A DNA stretch of 64,000 nucleotides from a bacterium (GTDB lineage Bacteria; Actinomycetota; Acidimicrobiia; Spongiisociales; Spongiisociaceae). Made by a program: the position numbers and the translations under genes. Each line of letters starts with the position of its first letter. The stretch's first letter is position 1. Location: contig JAPPGV010000081.1 in assembly GCA_028821235.1 (NCBI GenBank), positions 109,431-173,430 on the forward strand, in the 5' to 3' direction. Positions 49,334-57,664 of the stretch are shown one piece after another. The notes beneath the pieces were generated by a model. That model was not told where the DNA came from and ran no database searches. It worked only from the letters and a program-made list of their open reading frames with translations.

Positions 49334-49621
49334 CTATCCCAACCAGAGGCGGGCGGTCTCGGGAAAGAGGTCGTAGAAGATGGACAGCGCGGCGACCACC
49401 AGCCACGTCACGCTGATCAGCCAGAACAGGAGAGGGCTCTCATCTTGATCGACGGTCCGCACCACGAAGGCCTGTCCGGTCATGATGCCGAGAACAGCCC
49501 AGTACAGGAAGAAGACTCCCCAGACCCACTGCCAATCCATCCAGGTGGCGATGAGCAGCGCTGCGAGCGCCACCACCGTAGGTAGCTTGGACCGGCTCAT
49601 CCGATCAACGATATAGCTCAT
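49334..49621 (-). CDS. Small membrane protein (3 predicted TM)
   Basis: MSYIVDRMSRSKLPTVVALAALLIATWMDWQWVWGVFFLYWAVLGIMTG...; ends 4 nt upstream of the Rieske gene. Confidence 0.5.
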   Translation of the reverse strand: MSYIVDRMSRSKLPTVVALAALLIATWMDWQWVWGVFFLYWAVLGIMTGQAFVVRTVDQDESPLLFWLISVTWLVVAALSIFYDLFPETARLWLG

Positions 49622-49637
49622 CGCCGGGCCTCTCTCG

Positions 49638-50435
49638 CTAGGTCGCCGCGCCCGCCGGGCGTTCGACGCGGTTGCGGGCCTCCTCGGCAACCGGGGGCGA
49701 GGCCGGGGCCATCAGGGGGGTGATGGCGATCTCGCCCGCATGGTTCACGCCGATGTCGGTGCCGTCCAGCGGGACGTCTCCGAAGTCCTCCTGGTAGTTG
49801 TGCGTGTAGGTCCCGTCCGCGAGCCGATGATGCATCTGCCCATAGGTGACCCGGGCAGGCGGCACCACCCGGCGCGGGGTGGCGAGGTCGGCCTCCCACG
49901 GGAGGTTGACCGTGACCACGTCGGCGGGGAGGTCCGCGTCGAGCAGGTCGCCGAGGATGTCGGCGCAGACCGCGGCCAGGCGCTCCCAGTCCGGTGCGGA
50001 GGCAGCGGATCGCATGATCGGATACCAGGTATGCCAGCGTCCCCGCACCCCGGCGGAGAAGGCCACGGACCGGATCCCGAGTTCCCATCCTTCGAAGGCG
50101 GCGCCGACCGTCCCGGAGCTGATGATGTAGCCGGCGCCGTGGTTGTAGCCGATGTTGATGCCGGAGACCACCAGGTCCGGAGGTGACCCGAAGTACCCGG
50201 CCGCCACCTGCACGGCGTCGGCAGGGGTGCCCGACACGGTCACCACGGTGGCGCCGGCCTGGTCCACTTCGGCCACCTCGATGGGCTCGAAGCGGGTCAG
50301 GGCCTTCCCGATCCAGCTTCGCTGCCCGGCCGGGACCACCGTGCGCACCTCTCCCAGCGACCGGAGGGCGGCGCGGAAGGGTGGGAGGGCGGGGCTGTCC
50401 ACGCCGTCGTCGTTGGTGAGGAGGATCCAGGACAC
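49638..50435 (-). CDS. surE: 5'/3'-nucleotidase SurE
   Basis: N-terminal ILLTNDDGVDSPAL signature. Confidence 0.9.
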   Translation of the reverse strand: MSWILLTNDDGVDSPALPPFRAALRSLGEVRTVVPAGQRSWIGKALTRFEPIEVAEVDQAGATVVTVSGTPADAVQVAAGYFGSPPDLVVSGINIGYNHGAGYIISSGTVGAAFEGWELGIRSVAFSAGVRGRWHTWYPIMRSAASAPDWERLAAVCADILGDLLDADLPADVVTVNLPWEADLATPRRVVPPARVTYGQMHHRLADGTYTHNYQEDFGDVPLDGTDIGVNHAGEIAITPLMAPASPPVAEEARNRVERPAGAAT

Positions 50436-50499
50436 GCGGGCAGGCTAGCCCGCCCCGGACCGGCATCGGGCGTCCGGGGTGGCGTGACGGTCCCGTACC

Positions 50500-50988
50500 A
50501 TGGGGGCCATGGACACCATCAAGGCATCTGCGGTGACCGTGAGCGACGGGGTGACCCACGGGACCCGGGCCGACACGTCCGGCGACGTTCTGGCCGCCCG
50601 GCTCTCCGGCCTGGGCTTCCGGGTCGACCGCCATCTGGTCCCGGACGACCGTGAGGTGATCCAGGAGTTGCTGGCGCGGCTGGCCCCGCGGCGCCGGCTG
50701 ATCGTCACCACCGGCGGTACGGGCTTCGGGCCCAGGGACGTGACCCCGGAGGCCACCGCCGCCCTGATCGACCGTCCGGCCGCCGGCCTGTCGGAGCTGA
50801 TCCGGGCGGAGGGCCTGCGCCACACGCCCATGGCCGCCCTGTCACGCGGCGTGGCGGGCGTGATCGGGGCCTGCCTGGTGGTCAACCTCCCCGGCAGCCC
50901 GAAAGCCGTGACCGAGGGCATGGACGCCCTCGAACCGTTGCTAACCCACATCCTCCAGCTGCTGGCCGGAGACACCGAGCACCGCTAG
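50500..50988 (+). CDS. mog: Molybdopterin adenylyltransferase MogA/MoaB family
   Basis: 162 aa; [17 protein letters not shown] and NLPGSP motifs. Confidence 0.88.
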   Translation: MGAMDTIKASAVTVSDGVTHGTRADTSGDVLAARLSGLGFRVDRHLVPDDREVIQELLARLAPRRRLIVTTGGTGFGPRDVTPEATAALIDRPAAGLSELIRAEGLRHTPMAALSRGVAGVIGACLVVNLPGSPKAVTEGMDALEPLLTHILQLLAGDTEHR

Positions 50989-50989
50989 G
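50945..50989 (+). repeat. 45-bp perfect direct repeat, copy 1 (covers the last 14 codons and stop of mog)
   Basis: CCCACATCCTCCAGCTGCTGGCCGGAGACACCGAGCACCGCTAGG, identical to 51683-51727. Confidence 0.95.
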
Positions 50990-51668
50990 AGTCCGGTCCC
51001 AGGGCGAGGAGATTCGACCGGAGCGGCGCCCGACCGGCTAGGGCCATCAGCAGTTCTTCGGCCCGTCCCGTGCGGGCTGCGGCCTCGGTGAGCAACCCCA
51101 GCGCAACCGACAACGCCGACTCGGGTACCCGACCGACCCGGCCCAGCGCCTCCGCTAGATCGAGGGTATGGACCACCAACTCGAAGGTCCTGGTCGGCAG
51201 GTAGTCGGCGAGCCGCATCTCGCCCCACGGCGTACCTACCGGGTGATCGTCGGGCAGCGAATCCACGAAGCGGAAAACACCGTCCACGACTCCGGCCACA
51301 GCCGTTGACACGTCCTCGCCCAGGGCGGCGGCGGCGCCAGCCGCGCCCTCGGCAATGGCGTCATGGATGCTTGTGTCCTTCAACGCTTCGCAGAAGTAGT
51401 CCGCCGGGCGGGCCAGCCGAGCCGGTATGCCGGACTCACGGCCCGCACCGTGCTCTACGGCGAGGAGAGCGCGGCAGGTGTGCCCGATCAACTCCCGAAC
51501 GCTCCACACCCCCAACCCCGGATCGTCCATCGCATGCGGCGGTACCCGACCGACGGTGTCCACGAAGAAGATCCCGGCCTCGCGGAAGGCCCTTCGACTC
51601 TGATCGATGTCCAGTGTGGACCCCACCCACGTCATGGTAAACCCGCGTGGCTGCCTTTCATCAGCCAT
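50985..51668 (-). CDS. DinB/mycothiol-dependent maleylpyruvate isomerase N-terminal-domain family protein
   Basis: [14 protein letters not shown] and the overall helical pattern are typical of the DinB_2/MDMPI_N family. The start is MADERQ (51668) or MTWVG (51635). The first 15 codons of the ORF-track form are antisense to repeat copy 2. Confidence 0.7.
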   Translation of the reverse strand: MADERQPRGFTMTWVGSTLDIDQSRRAFREAGIFFVDTVGRVPPHAMDDPGLGVWSVRELIGHTCRALLAVEHGAGRESGIPARLARPADYFCEALKDTSIHDAIAEGAAGAAAALGEDVSTAVAGVVDGVFRFVDSLPDDHPVGTPWGEMRLADYLPTRTFELVVHTLDLAEALGRVGRVPESALSVALGLLTEAAARTGRAEELLMALAGRAPLRSNLLALGPDS

Positions 51669-51682
51669 CGAGCCACTGCTGC

Positions 51683-51727
51683 CCCACATCCTCCAGCTGC
51701 TGGCCGGAGACACCGAGCACCGCTAGG
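51683..51727 (+). repeat. 45-bp perfect direct repeat, copy 2 (orphan mog 3' end)
   Basis: Identical to 50945-50989 and followed by a hairpin at 51728-51749. Confidence 0.95.
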
Positions 51728-51749
51728 GGGACACCCTCATCAGGGTCCC
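51728..51749 (+). terminator. Hairpin after repeat copy 2 (probable original mog terminator)
   Basis: GGGACACCCT-CATC-AGGGTCCC stem-loop with a 2-nt bulge. No U-tract. It lies between convergent genes. Confidence 0.3.
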
Positions 51750-51752
51750 GAG

Positions 51753-52118
51753 CTAGCTCACCCGACGCAGGTAGCGCCTGGCCCGAGGGGTCGCCTCCCG
51801 GCTGAGACAGTCACTCGTCCTTCTCGCGTCGTAGAGCCGGAACAGGTCCTGCTGCCCCTGTTCGAGGATCTCCAGCCTGTCGACGATCTGGGCATGGCTG
51901 TCGATGAGCCACCGTACGTCCTCAACCAGCTTCTTCTGGGTTGCGGTGATTCTCCTCTGACCTGAAGCAAGCTCCTTCTGACCCTCGACAAGCTCTTTCT
52001 GACCCTCTACGAGCTTGGCTACCTGCTCGACCATCACGGCCTGGAACTCGAGGTGCTTCCCTCCTTGGGTGACGAGTTTGCCGACGATCTCGTATAGCGT
52101 GCGGATATGTTCGTCCAT
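51753..52118 (-). CDS. Coiled-coil hypothetical protein
   Basis: Start at MDEHIRTLYEIV, preceded by GGAGGGGG. Heptad-rich, with the tandem duplication VEGQKEL-VEGQKEL. Lower GC than neighbouring genes. Confidence 0.5.
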   Translation of the reverse strand: MDEHIRTLYEIVGKLVTQGGKHLEFQAVMVEQVAKLVEGQKELVEGQKELASGQRRITATQKKLVEDVRWLIDSHAQIVDRLEILEQGQQDLFRLYDARRTSDCLSREATPRARRYLRRVS

Positions 52119-52233
52119 CGTCGTACCCCCTCCGAATATAATCTTATCTAGCCTCGTCAGCAGGCTAGCAGACGTGCGTGACACGTGAGCCGACCGCCGA
52201 GGTGCGTCGGTTACGGTCTCTGAGTCTCAACCT

Positions 52234-53031
52234 TCAAGGGGCTATGCGGTGGGGGTGGGTGTAGAGGTTGAAGCCGCCTGGCCGGACGAAGCCCGCCACG
52301 GTCAGGCCCAACTCGTCGGCGAGATCCACCGCCAGGGAGGAGGCGGCCGAGACGCCGGCCAGGACGCTGATCCCGGCGACCGCCGCCTTCTGCACCAGCT
52401 CGAACGAGACCCGGCCGGAGACGGTGACGACCAGCTCCCCGATCGGCCAGCGGCGGCACGAGAGATGGCCGACCAGCTTGTCCATGGCGTTGTGCCGGCC
52501 CACGTCCTCGCGGGCGCCCAGGAACTCGCCCTCGCCGGTGAACGCGGCGGCGGCGTGGAGCCCCCCGGTGGCGTCGAACCCCGCCTGGGCCGAGCGCATC
52601 GACTCCATGAGGTCCTGCAACAGGCCGGCAGGGATGACCGGGCCGGCCGGGAGGGGCGGCGCCGCCACGCGGACCGCATCGATGGAGGCTTTCCCGCACA
52701 CCCCGCATGAGGAGGTGGCGTAGAGGTTGCGGCGAAACTGCTCCTCATCGACCCGGATCCCCTCGGCCAGGACCAGGTCGTAGCGTCCAGCCCCGTCCAG
52801 GCCCGGCAGCGCCTTGACCTCGGCCAGCTCCTTCGGGTTCAGGATGATGCCCTCGGTGAGGGCGAAGCCCCGGGCCAGCTCCTCGTCATGACCCGGAGTC
52901 CGCATCAGGACCGCGATCGGGACTCCCTGGAGCCGGAACTCGACCGGCTCCTCGGTCGGCAACAGGTCGCTGAGCGCCGCTCGACCCTCGTCGCTGACGC
53001 GGAGGACGGGGCGGGATGAACTGGCTGACAT
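52234..53031 (-). CDS. fdhD: Formate dehydrogenase accessory sulfurtransferase FdhD
   Basis: 265 aa; SSCGVCGK catalytic-loop cysteines and EDVGRHNAMDKLVG motif. Confidence 0.9.
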   Translation of the reverse strand: MSASSSRPVLRVSDEGRAALSDLLPTEEPVEFRLQGVPIAVLMRTPGHDEELARGFALTEGIILNPKELAEVKALPGLDGAGRYDLVLAEGIRVDEEQFRRNLYATSSCGVCGKASIDAVRVAAPPLPAGPVIPAGLLQDLMESMRSAQAGFDATGGLHAAAAFTGEGEFLGAREDVGRHNAMDKLVGHLSCRRWPIGELVVTVSGRVSFELVQKAAVAGISVLAGVSAASSLAVDLADELGLTVAGFVRPGGFNLYTHPHRIAP

Positions 53032-53174
53032 GTGCTCCCTCGTGCCGGAGTCGTGACTGGGGTCGTGCCTCGGTTCCCTTGATTATCGCGGAGCCGGCGA
53101 TCCCGAGGCTGCTGTCAGCGGACGAGGCCGGTGGCCCGCCTACTTGTCACGGTGTTTCGGTACCGTGGTGACCC

Positions 53175-54866
53175 GTGAACCGTAAAGAGACGATCGCTAT
53201 CGCGCTGGTGGCGGCCGCCATCGCGTCCGCGTGGGTCTGGCGGGCCTTGGTCACGGACCCTCCCGGCTCCGTGACACCGGCGGAGGCGTCCGCCTCGTAC
53301 TACCCGGACGAGACCGTCGCCTACGCATGGCTGGACCTGGGGACTGGAGAGAGCCCATCCGGGATCATTCCTCTCCTGTTGGATCAACTCGATGACCTCG
53401 GAGGGGTCGGCGGGCCGGCAGGCGAGGGAGACGGACCTCTGCCCGACGCCATCGGCACCATCCTCGGGGAACTGGGCACCTGGATAGGGACCGAGGTGTC
53501 AGCGGCGCTGGTCGACCTGGAGGACGGTGGGGTCGGCCTGGCGGTCACCGTGGGCGTAAGCGACGGGGACGCGGCCGCCGAGTTCCTGCAGAGTTGGCTC
53601 CGGAAGCAGGAGGAGAGGGCGTCCACCTCCTTCGAGCGCAGAGTCGTCAATGATGCCGTCATCTGGGTGGGAGGCGGCAACGGGTGGATGGAGGAACAGG
53701 CTTACGCCCAGGCCGGGGACTTCCTGCTCTTCGGCACCGACAGCGGGCTGCTTGAAGAGATACTGGAGAGGATCGACGGCCATCATCCCGAAACCCTCGC
53801 TTCCACCGGGCGTTTCGGAGAGGCACGGGGGGCGGCGCGCGACGGGCGTTTCGCGTCGGCGTACGTTGACCTGGACTGGCTCGCCGGCCGGATGGGTGAT
53901 CCCGATCGCAGCCCCTGCCCGGGAGTTCCGTTCGACAGGCCTGAGTGGTTGATGGTCTCGGCCGATTGGGTCGGTGACGGTCTGGTGGTCGACCTTGCCA
54001 CGCCGGACATAACCAGCTGGTGGACCGATACCTCGGCCGATGTCACGGATGCCATCGTCCCGGCCGATGCGTTGGGGTTCGTCTCCGTCGGGTTCGATCC
54101 CGACATCGACCGCTGGCGGGAAGTCCTGGGCGGGTGCGACATAGCCGGTCTGATACCGGGTGGATACCTGTTCGACCCGCCGCCAGGGGACGGCACGAGC
54201 GGGCTCGATCAGGGCGCCACGCTGGCCGATGCCCTGGACCTCGCCCTGGGATTCGTGGATCTCGGCACCGGGCTCGACCTAGAGGCGGACCTGTTCAACC
54301 ATCTGCGCGGCCAACTGGTCATAGCCGCCCACAGCCCGGACCGCGAGGGCTCCTCCGTAGAGGTGGTGGCCGCGCTGTCCTACCGGCCCCTGTCCGCGAA
54401 CACCCTCGCAGGGACGATCGACGGCATCGCGGGCGGCGTCACCTCGCTGACGGGGGTGTCCCTGCACCAACTCGACCTGGGCGCCGGCCGACCTGCGCGC
54501 GTGATGGAGGACGGGACGCCCTCCCTCGGATACCTCCTCCATGGCGGGTTCCTCACGTTCGGAACCGATACGGACGCGCTCGAGACCACGGTGGCCGTCC
54601 AGCAGGGAACGAGAGAGCGGGTGTCCGACACCGATCGGTACCGCCGGACCGTGGAGCACATCTCCTACGACCCGCTGCTCCTGGCCTACGTCGACCTTGC
54701 GAGCGTCATTGCCCGGATAGGTCCCGCCGGGATGGGGTCGGATGACGGACTGCTCTCGATGCTGTCACGGTGGCTGGGCCCGATGGCTCTGGCCGTGGGA
54801 ACCGACGGCGACTACAGCAGGGCCACCCTCGTACTTACCCTCCAACCATCCACCAACCCTGTGTAA
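53175..54866 (+). CDS. Membrane-anchored hypothetical protein (possibly DUF3352 family)
   Basis: GTG start and a single N-terminal TM (IAIALVAAAIASAWVW). 563 aa, acidic, Gly/Asp/Leu-rich. The family assignment is by eye only. Confidence 0.45.
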   Translation: MNRKETIAIALVAAAIASAWVWRALVTDPPGSVTPAEASASYYPDETVAYAWLDLGTGESPSGIIPLLLDQLDDLGGVGGPAGEGDGPLPDAIGTILGELGTWIGTEVSAALVDLEDGGVGLAVTVGVSDGDAAAEFLQSWLRKQEERASTSFERRVVNDAVIWVGGGNGWMEEQAYAQAGDFLLFGTDSGLLEEILERIDGHHPETLASTGRFGEARGAARDGRFASAYVDLDWLAGRMGDPDRSPCPGVPFDRPEWLMVSADWVGDGLVVDLATPDITSWWTDTSADVTDAIVPADALGFVSVGFDPDIDRWREVLGGCDIAGLIPGGYLFDPPPGDGTSGLDQGATLADALDLALGFVDLGTGLDLEADLFNHLRGQLVIAAHSPDREGSSVEVVAALSYRPLSANTLAGTIDGIAGGVTSLTGVSLHQLDLGAGRPARVMEDGTPSLGYLLHGGFLTFGTDTDALETTVAVQQGTRERVSDTDRYRRTVEHISYDPLLLAYVDLASVIARIGPAGMGSDDGLLSMLSRWLGPMALAVGTDGDYSRATLVLTLQPSTNPV

Positions 54867-54875
54867 GGTAAGCCC

Positions 54876-54963
54876 TCACACACGGGAGCCCGGGAAGGGC
54901 TGAGAGGGAGACTGCATCTCCGACCGTAGAACCTGATCCGGGTAATACCGGCGAAGGAAGTGA
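54876..54963 (+). promoter_or_regulatory. TPP (THI-box) riboswitch
   Basis: GGGCTGAGAGGGAGACTGCATCTCCGACCGTAGAACCTGATCCGGGTAATACCGGCGAAGGAAG matches the conserved CUGAGA ... ACCUGAUCYGGRUAAURCCRGCGNAGGGA core. A downstream CCTCCC (54970-54975) can pair with the GGGAGG SD (54991-54996) of thiB. Confidence 0.9.
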
Positions 54964-55004
54964 TCTCGCCCTCCCGAAACCCCACAAGGCGGGAGGTTGC
55001 GCGC

Positions 55005-56054
55005 ATGAGAAGACTAGGGATCGTGCTGGCGGCGCTGATGCTCGTCGCGGCCGGGTGTGCCGATGACACGCCCGAGGACGAGGGGCCCCAGACCATCCGG
55101 CTGGTTACCCACGACTCGTTCTACGTCAGCGAGGGCACGCTGGAGCAGTTCGAGGCGGAGACCGGCCATACGGTCGAGCACCTGGAGGCCGGCGATGCCG
55201 GCACGATGGTGAACCAGGCGGTGCTCACGAAGGACAACCCGGTGGCGGACGTGATGTTCGGGATCGACAACACCTTCCTGGGCCGCGCGCTTGCCGAGGA
55301 CCTGTTCGTGGAGTACGAGTCGCCGGGACTCGCCGACGTCCCCGACTCCTTGAAGCTGGACTCCCGGGTGACGCCGATCGACTTCGGCGATGTGTGCCTC
55401 AACTACGACATAGCCGGGCTGGCGGGGATGGGCCTCGAACCTCCCTCGACGCTGAGGGATCTGACCAGGCCGGAGTACGCCGGGCTGCTGGTGGTGGAAC
55501 ATCCGGGCACGTCGTCCCCGGGCCTGGCCTTCCTGCTGGCGACCGTCGCCACCTTCGGCGAGGACGGCGACTATCCGTGGCAGAGCTTCTGGTCGGACCT
55601 GGTGGCCAACGATGTGCTGGTCACGGCAGGTTGGGAGGACGCCTACTACGGATCCTTCTCCGGCGGGTCGGGGGAAGGGGACCGTCCTATCGTGGTGTCG
55701 TATGCATCCTCCCCGCCGGCCGAGGTCATTTACGCAGACCCGCCGGTCACCGAGGCGCCCACCGGTGTGGTATTGGCCGGCTGTTTCCGCCAGATCGAGT
55801 TCGCCGGCATCCTGGCGGGGACACCGGTCCCCAACGCGGCCCGGCAACTGGTCGACTTCATGCTCGGGCTCACCTTCCAGGAGGACATCCCACTCAACAT
55901 GTTCGTGTTCCCAGCCAACGAGAAGGCCGAGCTGCCCGACGAGTTCGTCCGGTACACCGAGATACCCGACGACCCGGCCGCCGTCGCTCCCGAGGAGATC
56001 GACGCCAACCGTTCCAGGTGGATCGAGGAATGGATCGAGGTCGTAGCCTCCTGA
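55005..56054 (+). CDS. thiB: Thiamine ABC transporter substrate-binding lipoprotein
   Basis: MRRLGIVLAALMLVAAGCADD lipoprotein signal. Iron/thiamine-type SBP fold pattern, downstream of the TPP riboswitch. Confidence 0.85.
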   Translation: MRRLGIVLAALMLVAAGCADDTPEDEGPQTIRLVTHDSFYVSEGTLEQFEAETGHTVEHLEAGDAGTMVNQAVLTKDNPVADVMFGIDNTFLGRALAEDLFVEYESPGLADVPDSLKLDSRVTPIDFGDVCLNYDIAGLAGMGLEPPSTLRDLTRPEYAGLLVVEHPGTSSPGLAFLLATVATFGEDGDYPWQSFWSDLVANDVLVTAGWEDAYYGSFSGGSGEGDRPIVVSYASSPPAEVIYADPPVTEAPTGVVLAGCFRQIEFAGILAGTPVPNAARQLVDFMLGLTFQEDIPLNMFVFPANEKAELPDEFVRYTEIPDDPAAVAPEEIDANRSRWIEEWIEVVAS

Positions 56055-57664
56055 AGTCCGGCGCCGGACGGTGGCTGGTCGCCGTCCCGCTCGTCTTCTT
56101 CGGGCTGTTCTTCGCGTACCCGCTGGTGCGGGTGGTGCTGCGCAGCCTTACCCTGGACGGGCAACTCGACCTGTCGCCCTTCGTGGAGATCGCCACCAAG
56201 GGCTCGCTGCGGCGGGCCGCCTGGTTCACGGTCTGGCAGGCCACGGTCTCCACTATGGCCACCCTGCTGTTCGCCCTACCGGGCGCCTACGTCCTCTCCA
56301 GGTACTCGTTCTTCGGCAGGAGGTTGCTGAGGGCGGCGGTGACGGTCCCGTTCGTATTGCCTACGGTGGTCGTGGGTGCCGCCTACCTGGCTCTTCTCGG
56401 ACCCGGTGGGCCGCTAGGGGTGGACCTGCGCCAGACGGCCTGGGCGATCCTCATCGCCCACGTGTTCTTCAACTACGCCGTGGTGGTCCGCATCGTGGGC
56501 AGCTTCTGGGAGCTCGTCGATCCGAGGCTCGAGGAGGCGGCCCGGGCGTTGGGCGCCAACCGGGCTCGGGCGTTCCTGACCGTCACGCTACCCCTCCTGC
56601 TCCCCTCGATAGCGGCGGCCGCCTCCATCGTCTTCCTGTTCACCTTCACGTCGTTCGGGGTGGTGCTGATCCTGGGGGGTTTCAGCTACGCCACCATCGA
56701 GGTGGCGGTCTGGCGGGAGGCCACCATCAACCTGGACCTGGCCGCCTCGGCTGCCCTGGCGCTGGTCCAGATGGCAGGTGTGGCTACGGCACTGTGGGCG
56801 TACACCCGGCTCCAGCAGCGGCACGCCCGGCGCCTCCCCCTGCGTTCGAGCCGAACCGTGGCCCGCCACCCCGCCACCCCGGGTCAGTTTCTGGTCGTGG
56901 GAGGGACCATCGCCTCGATGGTCCTCTACCTGGGCGCCCCGATCGGCACGCTGATGTGGCGATCGCTGCGCACGTCGGCCGGGCCGGGTCTGGACCACTA
57001 CGCGAGCCTGGTCCGAGGCGCTACCCCCTTCGTCGATCCTGCCGAGGCGATCGTGAACTCGTTGTGGTTCGCAGCGGCCGCTGTGGTGCCCGCAGTGGCG
57101 GCCGGGCTCGTCGCGGCCGTGGTCATCGCGCGGCGCCCCGGCCGGTTGGGCGCGCGGCTCGACACCTTCCTGATGCTCCCGCTCGGCACGTCGGCCGTCA
57201 CGATCGGCTTCGGGTTCCTGGTCGCCTTCGACTGGCCGGTGGATCTCCGTACCTCGATCTGGCTGATACCCCTGGCCCATTCGGTCGTCGCGGCGCCGTT
57301 CGTGATCCGCACCGTGACCCCGGTACTCCGGTCGGTGCAGCCCCGCCTCCGCGAGGCGGCGGCCATCCTCGGAGCCTCGCCCCGGCGGGTCTTCCGGGAG
57401 GTGGAGTTGCCGATCATCAGCCGGGCAGCACTGGTCGGGGCCGGTTTCGCCGCGGCCGTCTCACTCGGCGAGTTCGGCGCAACCGCCTTCCTCATCCGGC
57501 CCGGCCGGCCGACCATCCCGACCGCGATCTTCCGCCTGCTCGGCCAGCCGGGAGCGGCCAACCTCGGGCAGGCGCTGGCCCTGAGCACCGTCCTGATGCT
57601 CCTCACGACAGTGATAATCATGGCCATCGACCGCTACCGGGTCGCTGGGCTCGGGGAGTTCTGA
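56030..57664 (+). CDS. thiP: Thiamine ABC transporter permease (duplicated 6+6 TM)
   Basis: About 544 aa with two permease repeats. The start at ATG 56030 is approximate. The ORF-track extension back to 55394 overlaps thiB out of frame. Confidence 0.85.
   Translation: MDRGRSLLKSGAGRWLVAVPLVFFGLFFAYPLVRVVLRSLTLDGQLDLSPFVEIATKGSLRRAAWFTVWQATVSTMATLLFALPGAYVLSRYSFFGRRLLRAAVTVPFVLPTVVVGAAYLALLGPGGPLGVDLRQTAWAILIAHVFFNYAVVVRIVGSFWELVDPRLEEAARALGANRARAFLTVTLPLLLPSIAAAASIVFLFTFTSFGVVLILGGFSYATIEVAVWREATINLDLAASAALALVQMAGVATALWAYTRLQQRHARRLPLRSSRTVARHPATPGQFLVVGGTIASMVLYLGAPIGTLMWRSLRTSAGPGLDHYASLVRGATPFVDPAEAIVNSLWFAAAAVVPAVAAGLVAAVVIARRPGRLGARLDTFLMLPLGTSAVTIGFGFLVAFDWPVDLRTSIWLIPLAHSVVAAPFVIRTVTPVLRSVQPRLREAAAILGASPRRVFREVELPIISRAALVGAGFAAAVSLGEFGATAFLIRPGRPTIPTAIFRLLGQPGAANLGQALALSTVLMLLTTVIIMAIDRYRVAGLGEF

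Noticed and set aside
50445-50975. 176-aa minus-strand ORF starting [10 protein letters not shown], and the identical first residues of the 50985..51713 ORF
   Set aside because: The shared [10 protein letters not shown] peptide is simply the antisense reading of the two 45-bp repeat copies. The first ORF is antisense to mog. For the DinB-like gene, a downstream start (51668 or 51635) is more plausible.
50945-51727. Integron gene cassette / attC interpretation of the repeat-flanked DinB gene
   Set aside because: The flanks are perfect direct repeats derived from the mog coding end, not imperfect inverted-repeat attC sites, and no integron integrase or attI is nearby. It is kept as a generic cassette-like insertion finding instead.
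55394-57663. N-terminal extensions of the 756-aa and 1129-aa ORF-track entries (55394-56029 and 56071-57663)
   Set aside because: These stretches overlap thiB and thiP out of frame and translate to Arg/Pro/Gly-rich sequence. The real proteins begin at about 56030 (thiP) and 57664 (thiQ fusion), where family similarity starts and stop/start overlaps occur.
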